In this document: one piece after another, positions 47,347 through 57,694 of the stretch
Numbering within the stretch: position 1 is the stretch's first letter
Layout of the letters: every line of letters starts with the position of its first letter
NCBI GenBank assembly: GCA_902778375.1
Contig: CACYXJ010000002.1
Span: forward strand, 14,231 to 78,230
Reading direction: 5' to 3'
From: an uncultured Erysipelotrichaceae bacterium
Lineage (GTDB): Bacteria; Bacillota_I; Bacilli_A; Erysipelotrichales; Erysipelotrichaceae
Length of the DNA stretch: 64,000 nucleotides
Translations under genes and position numbers: made by a program
The notes under the pieces: model-generated
Told to the model about the DNA's origin: nothing
What the model saw: the letters and a program-made list of their open reading frames with translations, nothing else
Database searches by the model: none

Positions 47347-48423
47347 ATGCTTAATTTTACAGTCGGACCGGTAATGAGCAACGAAGAGGTCCGTGCAATT
47401 GGCGGGGAACAGGTACCGTATTTCCGAACAGCAGAGTTTTCGGAACTGATGCTGGAAAACGAAAGACTGATGAAGAAATTCGCAAAGGCAGATGAAGGTG
47501 CGAGAGTAGTTTTCATTACCGGCTCAGGAAGTGCATCGATGGAAGCCAGCGTAATGAACAGCTTTACGCAGCAGGACAAGGTGCTGGTTGTCAATGGCGG
47601 CAGTTTCGGTGCCCGTTTTGTAAAACTGTGCTGTGATGTTCATGAGATTCCGTTCTCTGAAATCAAACTAAGACCGGGACAGAAACTGACGGAAGATCAT
47701 CTGAAACCGTATGACGGACAGGGATATACCGGTTTCCTGGTAAATGTCGATGAAACATCTACAGGTGTTTTATATGATATGGAAATGATCGGCAGATTCT
47801 GCAGAAGGAACAACCTGTTCTTGGTGGCAGACTGTGTCAGCGCGTTCCTGGCGGACCCGTTCAACATGGCAGAAATCGGCGCTGATATTATGATTACCGG
47901 CTCACAGAAGGCACTTGCCTGTCCGCCCGGCATTTCGGTAATCGTTCTGAGCAAAAGGGCGGTCGAGCGGGTCAATCAGATGCATGTCAGGTCACTCTAT
48001 TTCGACCTGAAGGATTCGTTGAAGAACGGGGAAAGAGGACAGACTCCTTTTACTCCGGCAGTATCTGTACTCCGACAGATCAATGCAAGACTCAGGGAAA
48101 TAGAAAGAAACGGCGGCGTGGATACGGAAACAGCCAAGATTGCGGCTCTTGCGGCAGATTTCAGGGAAAAGATCAAAGAACTTCCTTTTGAGTTTGTTTC
48201 CGAAAGCCCGGCCAACGGTGTTACTCCGCTGCATCCGTTGAATGTATCGGCATATGACATCTTCCTTGAACTGAAAGACAACTATAATATCTGGATCTGC
48301 CCGAATGGGGGCGAACTGAAAGATACGGTGCTCAGAGTCGGTCATCTCGGCGACCTGGCACCGGAAGACAACACAACTTTGATCAATGCACTGAAAGACA
48401 TGCAGAGCAGAGGATTGTTATGA
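47347..48423 (+). CDS. Class V PLP-dependent aminotransferase
   Basis: 'FTVGP', 'GSGSASME', 'ETSTG', 'DCVS', PLP lysine in 'GSQKAL'. Start could be 47338/47341. Confidence 0.85.
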   Translation: MLNFTVGPVMSNEEVRAIGGEQVPYFRTAEFSELMLENERLMKKFAKADEGARVVFITGSGSASMEASVMNSFTQQDKVLVVNGGSFGARFVKLCCDVHEIPFSEIKLRPGQKLTEDHLKPYDGQGYTGFLVNVDETSTGVLYDMEMIGRFCRRNNLFLVADCVSAFLADPFNMAEIGADIMITGSQKALACPPGISVIVLSKRAVERVNQMHVRSLYFDLKDSLKNGERGQTPFTPAVSVLRQINARLREIERNGGVDTETAKIAALAADFREKIKELPFEFVSESPANGVTPLHPLNVSAYDIFLELKDNYNIWICPNGGELKDTVLRVGHLGDLAPEDNTTLINALKDMQSRGLL

Positions 48424-49724
48424 CGAAAGTAATCACTTACGGAACATATGATCTGATGCATTATGGCCATGTCCGTCTGCTTGAGCGTGCAAAAGCGCTG
48501 GGAGACTATCTGATTGTCGGTGTTACCGCTGAAGATTTCGACAAGCAGCGCGGCAAGATCAATGTCAAGCAGTCGCTGGAAGAAAGAATTGCCAATGTCA
48601 GGGCGACCGGGCTTGCGGATCAGATCATTGTCGAAGAATATGAAGGTCAGAAAATAGATGACATCAAACGATATGATGTTGATATTTTTACAGTAGGATC
48701 TGACTGGGTCGGTGTGTTTGACTACCTGAATGAATACTGCAAGGTTGTATATCTTGACAGAACCCAGGGTATTTCAAGCACACAGCTGCGCCAGGAAAAC
48801 TCCGTGAAAATCGGTATTGTCGGCGCATCCAGAGTTGTCAATAAATTCGGCAATGAATGCGGATATGTGAATGGCATCGAGGTCGCCGGTGTATGTACCG
48901 ATAATACCAAGGTGCTGTCCGAAGAACTTCAGGGAGCAGAACTGACAGGCGATTTCACCCAGCTTCTGACCAAGGTTGATGCTGTTTATATCTATTCCAC
49001 GCCGGAACTTCATTATGATCAGGCAAAGCAGGCGCTGCTTGCAGGAAAACATGTATTATGTGAATCCCCGATCGCATTGAAGAAAGAGCAGTGTATTGAA
49101 CTGTTTCAGATTGCGAAAGAAAAAGGACTTGTTTTGCAGGAATCCATTAAAACAGCATATTCGCTGGCATATTCCCGGCTGGTACTGCTGGCAAAAGGCG
49201 GGAAAATAGGCAAAATCGTTTCAGTGGATACAAGCTGCACAAGTCTGAAGGATCTTCCGGAAGGCTGGGGCAGCCTGGATGACTGGGGACCGACAGCAAT
49301 GCTGCCGGTGCTTCAGCTGCTGGGCACAGATTACAGAAGCATAGAAGTTCTGTCGCAGTTCAACGAGGAAACCGGATTTGATTCATTTACAAAGGTTAAT
49401 TTCCGGTATGACCATTCAGTTGCATCTGTTAAAGTCGCAAACGGTGTTAAGTCCGAGGGAGAACTGATTGTGTCCGGTACAAAGGGATATATTTATGTTC
49501 CTGCTCCGTGGTGGAAAACAGACTATTTCGAAGTCCGGTTTGAGAATCCCGACAACAACAAACGCTATTTCTACCAGCTGGATGGAGAAGGAATCCGGTT
49601 TGCAATTGTTTCCTTCATAAAGGCGATCGAAGGAATACAAAGCACAGGATATATTGAAGAGAGCGTTTCGGAAGCCATTTCAGGCGTTATCGAGTATTCA
49701 AAGGAAAACGCAATAGTACTCTGA
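48420..49724 (+). CDS. Fusion: TagD-like cytidylyltransferase + Gfo/Idh/MocA oxidoreductase
   Basis: '[11 protein letters not shown]', 'RTQGISST'; then 'IGIVGA', 'GKHVLCESP'. Confidence 0.85.
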   Translation: MTKVITYGTYDLMHYGHVRLLERAKALGDYLIVGVTAEDFDKQRGKINVKQSLEERIANVRATGLADQIIVEEYEGQKIDDIKRYDVDIFTVGSDWVGVFDYLNEYCKVVYLDRTQGISSTQLRQENSVKIGIVGASRVVNKFGNECGYVNGIEVAGVCTDNTKVLSEELQGAELTGDFTQLLTKVDAVYIYSTPELHYDQAKQALLAGKHVLCESPIALKKEQCIELFQIAKEKGLVLQESIKTAYSLAYSRLVLLAKGGKIGKIVSVDTSCTSLKDLPEGWGSLDDWGPTAMLPVLQLLGTDYRSIEVLSQFNEETGFDSFTKVNFRYDHSVASVKVANGVKSEGELIVSGTKGYIYVPAPWWKTDYFEVRFENPDNNKRYFYQLDGEGIRFAIVSFIKAIEGIQSTGYIEESVSEAISGVIEYSKENAIVL

Positions 49725-49747
49725 ACAGGATGAATATCACCGGAAAG

Positions 49748-49778
49748 TAAATCTGCTTTGACTGCAGATTTATTTTTT
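49748..49778 (+). terminator. Terminator
   Basis: TAAATCTGC...GCAGATTTA followed by T6. Confidence 0.65.
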
Positions 49779-49864
49779 GAGTCGTACAATCAGAAAGTCA
49801 GAATCAATACAGACAAGAATAAAATATAGGTTTAGGGTACAATAGAGGAGATAAAGAGGTAGTT

Positions 49865-50473
49865 ATGGGACAGATTGCAGTAGAAAAAAACGTAGGAGGC
49901 ATTGAAGGCCTTTGCATAATCACCCCGGCAGTACACGGAGACAGCCGCGGGTACTTTATGGAAACATACAGTCAGCGTGATATGGAAGAAGCAGGAATCA
50001 ACATCATATTTGTGCAGGACAATCAGTCGATGAGTACAAAAGGTGTTTTAAGAGGTCTTCACTTCCAGAAGAACTATCCGCAGACCAAACTTGTCAGAGT
50101 CATAAAAGGTTCTGTTTATGATGTTGCGGTCGATTTGAGGGCTGATTCCGCAACATACGGCAAATGGTTTGGCGTGGAGCTGACGGAAGAAAACAAGAAA
50201 CAGTTCCTGATTCCGCGCGGATTCGCACATGGTTTTCTGGTATTGTCCGATACAGCTGAGTTCTGCTACAAATGCGATGACTTTTATCATCCGAATGATG
50301 AAGGCGGCATGGCATGGAACGATCCGGAAATCGGTGTGGTATGGCCGCAGCTGAAAGGTGAGTATAACGGTACGGCAAGCGCTGAAGGCTATACCATGGA
50401 AGACGGAACGTTGCTGAATCTTTCAGAAAAAGACCAGAAGTGGCTGGGGCTGAAAGACACTTTCAAATTCTGA
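49865..50473 (+). CDS. rmlC: dTDP-4-dehydrorhamnose 3,5-epimerase
   Basis: 'DSRGYFME', 'QDNQS', 'GVLRGLHFQ', 'VAVDLR', 'FAHGF'. Confidence 0.93.
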   Translation: MGQIAVEKNVGGIEGLCIITPAVHGDSRGYFMETYSQRDMEEAGINIIFVQDNQSMSTKGVLRGLHFQKNYPQTKLVRVIKGSVYDVAVDLRADSATYGKWFGVELTEENKKQFLIPRGFAHGFLVLSDTAEFCYKCDDFYHPNDEGGMAWNDPEIGVVWPQLKGEYNGTASAEGYTMEDGTLLNLSEKDQKWLGLKDTFKF

Positions 50474-50481
50474 GGCAGAAG

Positions 50482-51264
50482 ATGGATCATTCGTTTGTAA
50501 TATGCGCATATAAGGAAAGCCGGTATCTTGAGGAATGTATTAAATCGTTAAAAGAGCAGGTGGAAGAATCTGTTGTTTTAATGGTTACCTCAACACCGAA
50601 TGCGTATATTTCCGGTCTGGCTGAGCAGTATGATATTCCTCTTTATATCAATGAAGGAGAATCCGGGATTACCCAGGACTGGAACTTCGGCTACAGTAAG
50701 GCAAAGACAAAATATATAACGATTGCCCATCAGGATGATATTTACTGCAGAACATACTCCAGAACGGTTCTGCAGCGGCTGCGCAGCAATCCGGATGCTC
50801 TGATTGCCTTTACGGATTACGGAGAACTTCGCGGCCAGCAGACTGTTGAAAGCAATATCAACCTGATAATCAAAAGAATTCTGTTATCCCCGCTGAAAGT
50901 AAAAGAGTTCAGGAAAGTCAATTCCATAAAGCACAGAGTGCTGTCACTGGGCAATCCAATCTGCTGTCCGGCAGTCACTTTCAATTCCGAACTGCTTCCT
51001 GAACAGGTGTTTGCAAATCATTTCCGAAGCAATGAAGACTGGGAAGCGTGGGAAAAGATTGCCCGGCGGGAAGGTTCGTTTGAATATATTCCGGAAGTTC
51101 AGATGTATCACAGAATTCATGAAGAATCAGAGACCTCAGCGATTATAGGTGATAACAGCAGGTCAAAAGAGGATTATGAAATGTTTATAAAGTTCTGGCC
51201 GGAGCTTATTGCAAAAGGACTGACAAAGCTTTATTCTCTGAGCGAGAAATCAAACCAGTTATGA
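50482..51264 (+). CDS. GT2-family glycosyltransferase
   Basis: 'VICAYKE', 'IAHQDD', 'EDWEAW', 'HRIHEESET'. Confidence 0.82.
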   Translation: MDHSFVICAYKESRYLEECIKSLKEQVEESVVLMVTSTPNAYISGLAEQYDIPLYINEGESGITQDWNFGYSKAKTKYITIAHQDDIYCRTYSRTVLQRLRSNPDALIAFTDYGELRGQQTVESNINLIIKRILLSPLKVKEFRKVNSIKHRVLSLGNPICCPAVTFNSELLPEQVFANHFRSNEDWEAWEKIARREGSFEYIPEVQMYHRIHEESETSAIIGDNSRSKEDYEMFIKFWPELIAKGLTKLYSLSEKSNQL

Positions 51265-51274
51265 GGGAACTGAT

Positions 51275-52183
51275 ATGAGTGAATATGATGAAATAACATT
51301 GAAAAGACTGCAGAGCATAGAACTGATGATCGTAAATGACCTGAAAAGGCTGTGTAAGAAACATGATCTTCAGTATTTTGGCTTTGCAGGAACCGGCATC
51401 GGAGTTCTGAGACACAAAGGTTTTATTCCCTGGGATGATGATATTGACATTGGGTTCCTCCGGCCGGATTATGAAAAATTTATCCAATATGCAAAGGAAG
51501 AACTGAACGACAAATACATTGTCATGAACGCTGAAACAGATCCGGATTATCCGCTTATGACGACCCGTCTTATGCTGAGAGGGACCAGATTCAGGGAAGA
51601 GGCTCTGAAAGATCTGAAATGTGAACTGGGTGTTTTCCTGGACCTGTATGCTTTTGATCAGGCCAGCGATGATGAAAAAGAGTTCAGAAAGCAATGCCGG
51701 GAAGCGTGGTGGTACAGTCATCTCATGATACTGAGAAGTATTCCTTTCCCGGTGCTTCCTGTGAAAGGGATAAAGGCAAAACTCGCTCATGCAGCTACTG
51801 CTGCAGTGTATGGCGGACTGACCCTTTTCCATGTATCCAAGACAAAGCTGGCACAGAAAGCCAAGGAGGCTGCCACAAGATTCAATAACGGACCAAAAAC
51901 AAAAAATGTTAATTTCTTTTTTGACACACTGCCTGATATGTGTGTGTACGGATACGATGAACTGTTTCCGCTGGTAGAACTTCCGTTTGAAAATACGACA
52001 TTATCATTCCCGAAAGAGCAGGACCGGTATCTGCGCTCCTTTTACGGCGATTACATGCAGCTGCCGCCGGCGGAGAACAGGAAAAACCACTATCCTCATG
52101 AACTGGATTTTGGTCCGTATAAAGATGTTCCGCTTGAAGAACTGAGAGATCCTGATAAGTACATCGATCCGGCAAAACTCTAA
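51275..52183 (+). CDS. LicD-family phosphotransferase
   Basis: 'GTGIGVLRHKGFIPWDDDIDIG', 'LDLY', 'YLRSFYGDYMQLPP'. Confidence 0.9.
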   Translation: MSEYDEITLKRLQSIELMIVNDLKRLCKKHDLQYFGFAGTGIGVLRHKGFIPWDDDIDIGFLRPDYEKFIQYAKEELNDKYIVMNAETDPDYPLMTTRLMLRGTRFREEALKDLKCELGVFLDLYAFDQASDDEKEFRKQCREAWWYSHLMILRSIPFPVLPVKGIKAKLAHAATAAVYGGLTLFHVSKTKLAQKAKEAATRFNNGPKTKNVNFFFDTLPDMCVYGYDELFPLVELPFENTTLSFPKEQDRYLRSFYGDYMQLPPAENRKNHYPHELDFGPYKDVPLEELRDPDKYIDPAKL

Positions 52184-52191
52184 GAATTTAT

Positions 52192-53670
52192 ATGGCTGAA
52201 AACGAAGTAAGAGTAAAAAAATCTGTTACCAGAAACGCAATGCTGAACATTATTAAAACGGTGATGTCTTTGGCATTTCCTTTAATAACGTTTCCGTATT
52301 CAGCGCGTGTTCTGGGCCTGACTGCTGTAGGCAAGTATAATTTTGCCAGTTCAATAGTAAGTTATTTTACTCTGCTTGCTGCACTTGGCTTTACGATGTA
52401 TGCAGTCCGGGAAGGCAGTAAATACCGTGACAATCAGAAAGACATTGATGAATTCAGCAGCGAAGTATTCTCGATTAATATCTATTCCATGCTGTTTGCC
52501 TGTTTACTGCTTTTAATAAGCATTCTGTTTATAGACAAACTGAAGGATTATACGATTCTGCTGCTGATCTTCGGATTCAGAATCGTATTGAACACAATCG
52601 GTGTCAACTGGGTTTTTACAATATTTGAGGATTTTACTTTTCCGGCAATTGCTTCATGTATTATGGAAGTCCTGTCGATTTCAATAATGCTTCTGTTTGT
52701 ACATTCGCCGGAGGATCTTTATATCTATGCCATCAGTTCGGTAATTGCCTATAACGGGGCGCATCTGCTGATGTTTCTGAATGTGGGGCGGTATGTAAAC
52801 CTCCGTTTTATTCCAAAACCGCCGATAAAGCATCTTAAACCGATTCTGATTATTTTTTCTCTTGAATTGGGTATGTCTATCTATGTCAATTCCGATCTGA
52901 CGATTCTTGGCTGGATGGAAGGTGATGACGCGGCAGGACTATACAGTACAGCGGCAACGATATACAGAATACTGAAGCAGATTCTCAACGCAATAATCAC
53001 GGTTGTTCTGCCCAGAATTGCCTATCATGTCAGCAAGGAAAAAGAAGCAAAGGATGCGGAAGGGTATGAAGTAAACCATAAAGAAGTGGTAGATCTGAGC
53101 AATCTGCTTGTTAATACTCTGGTCACTCTGGCACTCCCGATGATGGTCGGTATCTATGCTCTTGCCGAACCCATTGTCACATTGTTTGCAGGACCTGCAT
53201 TTCAGAACTCTGCGGAACCGCTGCAGCTGCTGTCGGTTGCAATTATATTTGCGGTACTGTCTACGTTCTTTGGAGAGAGCATATTAATGGCTTATAAACA
53301 GGAAAAGGAGTTTATGAAAGCCACTGCAATTTCGGCAGTGATCAATATTGTTCTGAATCTTCTTCTCATTCCGCATTTCCATATAAATGCCGCAGCATAT
53401 ACAACCATTGTTGCTGAAATGTTCATGCTGGTTTATACATATATAGAAGCAAGAAAACATGTAAGAACGAAAGTATCCGGTAATGTATTGATTTCAAGTG
53501 TTATCGGATGCGTTGCCATATATTTCATCTGCATGGGAGTAAAAACAATTATTGACTCTTCTGCTTTGTATATTTTGGTAAGTGTTGTTATCTCGGTGGC
53601 AGTGTACTTCGTTGTGCTGCTGCTGTTCAGGAATGATGCTCTTAGAGAACTGCTGAAGTTCAAAAATTAA
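52192..53670 (+). CDS. Wzx-type flippase
   Basis: 'LAFPLITFPYSARVLG', 'HLKPILIIF', 'GLYSTA', 'LPRIAY', ~12 TMs. Confidence 0.85.
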   Translation: MAENEVRVKKSVTRNAMLNIIKTVMSLAFPLITFPYSARVLGLTAVGKYNFASSIVSYFTLLAALGFTMYAVREGSKYRDNQKDIDEFSSEVFSINIYSMLFACLLLLISILFIDKLKDYTILLLIFGFRIVLNTIGVNWVFTIFEDFTFPAIASCIMEVLSISIMLLFVHSPEDLYIYAISSVIAYNGAHLLMFLNVGRYVNLRFIPKPPIKHLKPILIIFSLELGMSIYVNSDLTILGWMEGDDAAGLYSTAATIYRILKQILNAIITVVLPRIAYHVSKEKEAKDAEGYEVNHKEVVDLSNLLVNTLVTLALPMMVGIYALAEPIVTLFAGPAFQNSAEPLQLLSVAIIFAVLSTFFGESILMAYKQEKEFMKATAISAVINIVLNLLLIPHFHINAAAYTTIVAEMFMLVYTYIEARKHVRTKVSGNVLISSVIGCVAIYFICMGVKTIIDSSALYILVSVVISVAVYFVVLLLFRNDALRELLKFKN

Positions 53671-53695
53671 GTGCGGCAAAAAAACAGGGAGATTT

Positions 53696-54403
53696 ATGAA
53701 ACTATCTGTATGCATGGCAACCTACAACGGTGAAAAATATATACACGAACAGCTGGAATCCATTCTGAAACAGTTAAAGGAAAATGATGAAATCATCATT
53801 TCTGATGACGGATCCCTGGATGGTACGCTGAATGCTGTCCGTGCTTTTGACGATGCCCGGATACAGATCATTGAGAATCATGGTGAACACGGTTATACCA
53901 GAAATTTCGAAAACGCTCTGACTCATGCGACAGGCGATATCATCTTTATCTCTGACCAGGACGATGTCTGGATGGATAACAAGGTGGAAAGATGTCTGGA
54001 TGCTCTGAAAGATCATGAGCTGGTGATTCATGATGCCACGATGACGGATGAGAATCTGAACGTGACTGCTGTTTCCCATTTTGAGAAATATAATGTTCAG
54101 GACGGTTTCTGGAATACTCTGCTGAGAACAAGGTATACCGGCGCCTGTATGGCTTTTACAAAGAAATTTCTGGTAGAGCGGGTACTCCCGTTCCCCGAGG
54201 AACAGAAGTATTGCCCGTATGACTACTGGCTTGCCTATCTCGGCCTGTACTATAAAGAGGCTGTTGTGCTTCATGAACCGTTGATTCTGTACAGAAGACA
54301 TGAAGGAACAGCTCTGAATGCCGGTGAGTACAGCACAAGGACAGCCTGGGAAAGAATCTATACCAGAATCTACTGCATGAAGGAAGTGCTTGGAAGAAAA
54401 TGA
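53696..54403 (+). CDS. GT2-family glycosyltransferase
   Basis: 'SVCMATYNGEKYI', 'DDGSLD', 'SDQDDVW', 'YRRH'. Confidence 0.88.
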   Translation: MKLSVCMATYNGEKYIHEQLESILKQLKENDEIIISDDGSLDGTLNAVRAFDDARIQIIENHGEHGYTRNFENALTHATGDIIFISDQDDVWMDNKVERCLDALKDHELVIHDATMTDENLNVTAVSHFEKYNVQDGFWNTLLRTRYTGACMAFTKKFLVERVLPFPEEQKYCPYDYWLAYLGLYYKEAVVLHEPLILYRRHEGTALNAGEYSTRTAWERIYTRIYCMKEVLGRK

Positions 54404-56478
54404 AATATCGTTTTGAAAGTATCGTATTTAAAGACGGACAGTGTATGATCAGCGGATTTGCATTGGGAAATGATCCCGATGCCGTTTTGTCGTATACAGT
54501 CATGGATGAATATGACAATGTCATCAAAGCAGATATCAGAAAACTGGTCAGAAACGATGTCAGCAATAAATACCTTCATAGAATCACAGACAATGAATAC
54601 GGTTTTTCAGTTTCCTTTCCGGCAGACCCGGGCAGAAAATACCGCATGCTGGTTAAGGCCGGTATGGAACAGAAGATTTTCAGGATCGATCAGAACAGTG
54701 CCGCTTTCCATAATGGACTGATGAAACTGCGGAAGAATGCATTTCTCAGAAATCTGAAGGATAAAATCAGAAACGCCGGCAGCGGCGAGCTGACATATAA
54801 CGATTGGTATAACAAAACAAAAATCACAAAAGAAGAACTGAGTGAGCAGAGAAAACTGATCATTACAGATGACATGCCTCTGTTTTCAATTGTGATTCCT
54901 CTGTACTGCACAGCTGAAAAATATCTGTGCGAACTGATTGAATCGATATTGAATCAGACTTACGGAAAGTTTGAACTGTGTCTTGCGGACGGAAGCCCGG
55001 AAGACAAAAAAGTCGAACAGATCGTCAGAAAATATCCGGATGAAAGAATCAGATATACATTCATTGGTGAAAACCGCGGTATTTCCGACAATACCAATGT
55101 GGCTGTGGAAATGGCATCGGGAGATTTTATCGTCTTATGTGATCACGACGATCTACTGCCGGAAAATGCATTATATGAATTTGCCTTGGAAATCATGAAA
55201 CATCCGGAAACCGACTGCATCTATTCTGATGAAGACAAGATCAACCAGAACGGAACGGTGGTTTTTGAACCGCATTTCAAGCCGGATTTCAATATCGATA
55301 TGCTTAGAAGCAACAACTATATCTGTCATCTGTTTGCGGTCCGGAAAACTCTTGTCGATCAGTACGGCGGTTTTGACTCCGCCTATGACGGATCACAGGA
55401 CCACGACTTTATCTTCCGCATGACAGAACATGCCAGGTATGTTGCACATGTTCCGAAAGTGCTGTATCACTGGCGGACCATTGAAGGCTCTACGGCTCTG
55501 AATCCGGAAAGCAAGATGTATGCAATCGAAGCCGGAGCCCGGGCGGTACGGGCAAATTATGAACGCACTGTACCTGAAGTCAGAATTGGTGAAATCACCA
55601 AAGGAGCACATTACGGTCTGTATCATGTGCACTTTGTCTTTGACGAGTATCCGCTCGTTTCCGTCGTAATTCCGAACAAGGATCACCGGGAGGATCTGGA
55701 TAAAGCAATCCGTTCATTATTCAATATCGGCACATGGCCGAATCTGGAAGTGGTCGTTGTTGAAAACAATTCAACGGAACCGGAAACATTCACGTATTAT
55801 GAAGAGATTCAGAAAGAATATGGGAATGTCAGGGTGGTAACGTATCCGGATACCTTCAATTATTCCAAAATCAACAACTTCGGCGTAACATTTGCCAAAG
55901 GTGAATATCTGCTGTTCCTGAACAATGATGTGGAAATGATCGAACCGGAATCCATTCAGGAAATGATGGGCTACGCCCTGCGCCATGATGTCGGAGCAGT
56001 CGGCTGCCGTCTGCTGTATCCGGACAAAACCATCCAGCATGCCGGAGTTGTTGTGGGGATCGGTGTGGCAGATCATGCCTTCAAAGGAACATATTCCGGG
56101 GATGGCACATATTTCAACAGAGCCATGACACCGCAGGATGTCTCGGCGGTAACAGCCGCGGCGATGCTGACAAAGCGGAGTCTATTTGACGAGGTTGGCG
56201 GGTTTGACGAGGAACTGGCAGTTGCCTTCAACGACATCGATTACTGTCTTAAAATCAACCGGTCCGGCAGGAAGGTCGTATATAATCCATATGCCTGTTT
56301 CTATCATTACGAGTCCAGATCGAGAGGACAGGATACGACGGACGAAAAGAATGCTAGATACATGCAGGAGCTGACACTGTTTACAGAACGGTGGAAGGAA
56401 ATCTATCAGAACGGGGATCCGTATTACAATCCCAATCTATCCCTGACAAAGACGGATTATTCCCTGAAAGAACTGTAA
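54400..56478 (+). CDS. Bifunctional GT2 (two GT-A domains; rhamnan-synthase-like) with N-terminal beta-sandwich domain
   Basis: 'SIVIPLY', 'CDHDD', 'GSQDHD', 'VLYHWR'; second domain 'LNND', 'AFNDIDYC', 'HYESRSRG'. Confidence 0.85.
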   Translation: MKYRFESIVFKDGQCMISGFALGNDPDAVLSYTVMDEYDNVIKADIRKLVRNDVSNKYLHRITDNEYGFSVSFPADPGRKYRMLVKAGMEQKIFRIDQNSAAFHNGLMKLRKNAFLRNLKDKIRNAGSGELTYNDWYNKTKITKEELSEQRKLIITDDMPLFSIVIPLYCTAEKYLCELIESILNQTYGKFELCLADGSPEDKKVEQIVRKYPDERIRYTFIGENRGISDNTNVAVEMASGDFIVLCDHDDLLPENALYEFALEIMKHPETDCIYSDEDKINQNGTVVFEPHFKPDFNIDMLRSNNYICHLFAVRKTLVDQYGGFDSAYDGSQDHDFIFRMTEHARYVAHVPKVLYHWRTIEGSTALNPESKMYAIEAGARAVRANYERTVPEVRIGEITKGAHYGLYHVHFVFDEYPLVSVVIPNKDHREDLDKAIRSLFNIGTWPNLEVVVVENNSTEPETFTYYEEIQKEYGNVRVVTYPDTFNYSKINNFGVTFAKGEYLLFLNNDVEMIEPESIQEMMGYALRHDVGAVGCRLLYPDKTIQHAGVVVGIGVADHAFKGTYSGDGTYFNRAMTPQDVSAVTAAAMLTKRSLFDEVGGFDEELAVAFNDIDYCLKINRSGRKVVYNPYACFYHYESRSRGQDTTDEKNARYMQELTLFTERWKEIYQNGDPYYNPNLSLTKTDYSLKEL

Positions 56479-56507
56479 ACCGGCATATTTGGTGAATTTG
56501 CCGGTTT
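56477..56507 (+). terminator. Hairpin after the GT2
   Basis: AAACCGGCA...TGCCGGTTT. Confidence 0.5.
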
Positions 56508-56542
56508 AGTATATAATCATAGCGTTTATATAAGGTAGAACG

Positions 56543-57694
56543 ATGAATCCAGGAAATGCAATAGAAGTCAGAAATATGTATAAGAGTTTCAAGATCAGCA
56601 CCGACCGTGCCGGTACTCTGAAAGACCTGCTGGTCATCAGAGGCAGGAAGAAGGCGAAGCGTCTTGAAGTTTTGAACGATGTCAGTCTGGATATTAAAAA
56701 AGGTGAAACAGTTGCCCTGATCGGAACCAATGGTAGCGGTAAATCCACCCTTTTAAAACTGATGACACGTATTATCTATCCCAACAGCGGCACGATCGAG
56801 ACAGACGGAAAAGTCACTTCCCTTCTCGAACTCGGCGCCGGCTTCCATCAGGATTTTACCGGCCGGGAGAACATCTATTTCAATGCGGCTGTTTTCGGCC
56901 TGACGGAAAAAGAGATCAATGACCGTCTGGACGACATCATTGCCTTCTCGGAACTGGAAGAATTCATCGATGAACCGGTCAGAACCTATTCTTCCGGTAT
57001 GTATATGCGTCTTGCTTTCTCGGTTGCCATCAATGTCGAAGCAGATATTCTTCTCATCGATGAGATTCTGGCTGTCGGCGACCAGCATTTTCAGGAGAAA
57101 TGCTATGCCAAACTGTACGAACTGAAAGACCAGGGCAAGACGATTGTCTTCGTCTCCCATGATCTGGAAGTGGTCAGCGAACTGTGCACCAGAGCGGTAT
57201 GGATCTACAAGAGCCATATCAGGATGGATGGCAAACCGGATGAAGTCATTGCGGCATACAGAAAACAGATTGCCGAAGACCATAAGGTGCAGAAAGCTGA
57301 AGAAAAGGCAAAAGGTGTCAAACACGAAGGAGAGCTGTTCATAGATCTGCCGCAGGAAGGCGATCTTGTGGATATCGACGGCGATGTGGTTCTCAGAGGC
57401 TGGAAAGTCAGCGACAGTTTTGAAAACAAGATCGAGGTATATCTTGGCGACCGGCTGATAGAAACTGAGCCGGAACGCAGACAGGATGTATTCAATGTCA
57501 AGTTTGAGAAGTACGGACAGTTTATCGATGTCAACACTGTCGGCTGGACGAAAACCCTCAAAGTCAGGGATTTTGAGGACCAGATCAGCAAAATGGGCAC
57601 GCTGACCCTTCGCGTCATTCTGAAGGACGCCAACGATTTTGTCATCAGTGAAAAGGCAGTCACCTTTATGGTGTCTTCTGAGGAGGATGCTTGA
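56543..57694 (+). CDS. Polysaccharide ABC exporter ATP-binding subunit (Wzt/TagH-like) with atypical C-terminal domain
   Basis: 'GTNGSGKSTL', 'LELGAGF', 'YSSGMYMRL', 'LIDEILAVGD'. Confidence 0.9.
   Translation: MNPGNAIEVRNMYKSFKISTDRAGTLKDLLVIRGRKKAKRLEVLNDVSLDIKKGETVALIGTNGSGKSTLLKLMTRIIYPNSGTIETDGKVTSLLELGAGFHQDFTGRENIYFNAAVFGLTEKEINDRLDDIIAFSELEEFIDEPVRTYSSGMYMRLAFSVAINVEADILLIDEILAVGDQHFQEKCYAKLYELKDQGKTIVFVSHDLEVVSELCTRAVWIYKSHIRMDGKPDEVIAAYRKQIAEDHKVQKAEEKAKGVKHEGELFIDLPQEGDLVDIDGDVVLRGWKVSDSFENKIEVYLGDRLIETEPERRQDVFNVKFEKYGQFIDVNTVGWTKTLKVRDFEDQISKMGTLTLRVILKDANDFVISEKAVTFMVSSEEDA

Noticed and set aside
32195-48423. De novo phosphonate biosynthesis cluster (cytidylyltransferases + class V aminotransferase)
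   Set aside because: No PEP mutase or phosphonopyruvate decarboxylase is seen, and the NTases look LicC-like. Only phosphonate salvage remains possible.
40220-49845. Shared 'ATATAGGTT' upstream of yidC-tagF and rmlC
   Set aside because: A short AT-rich match in two promoters is too weak to call a motif without statistics.
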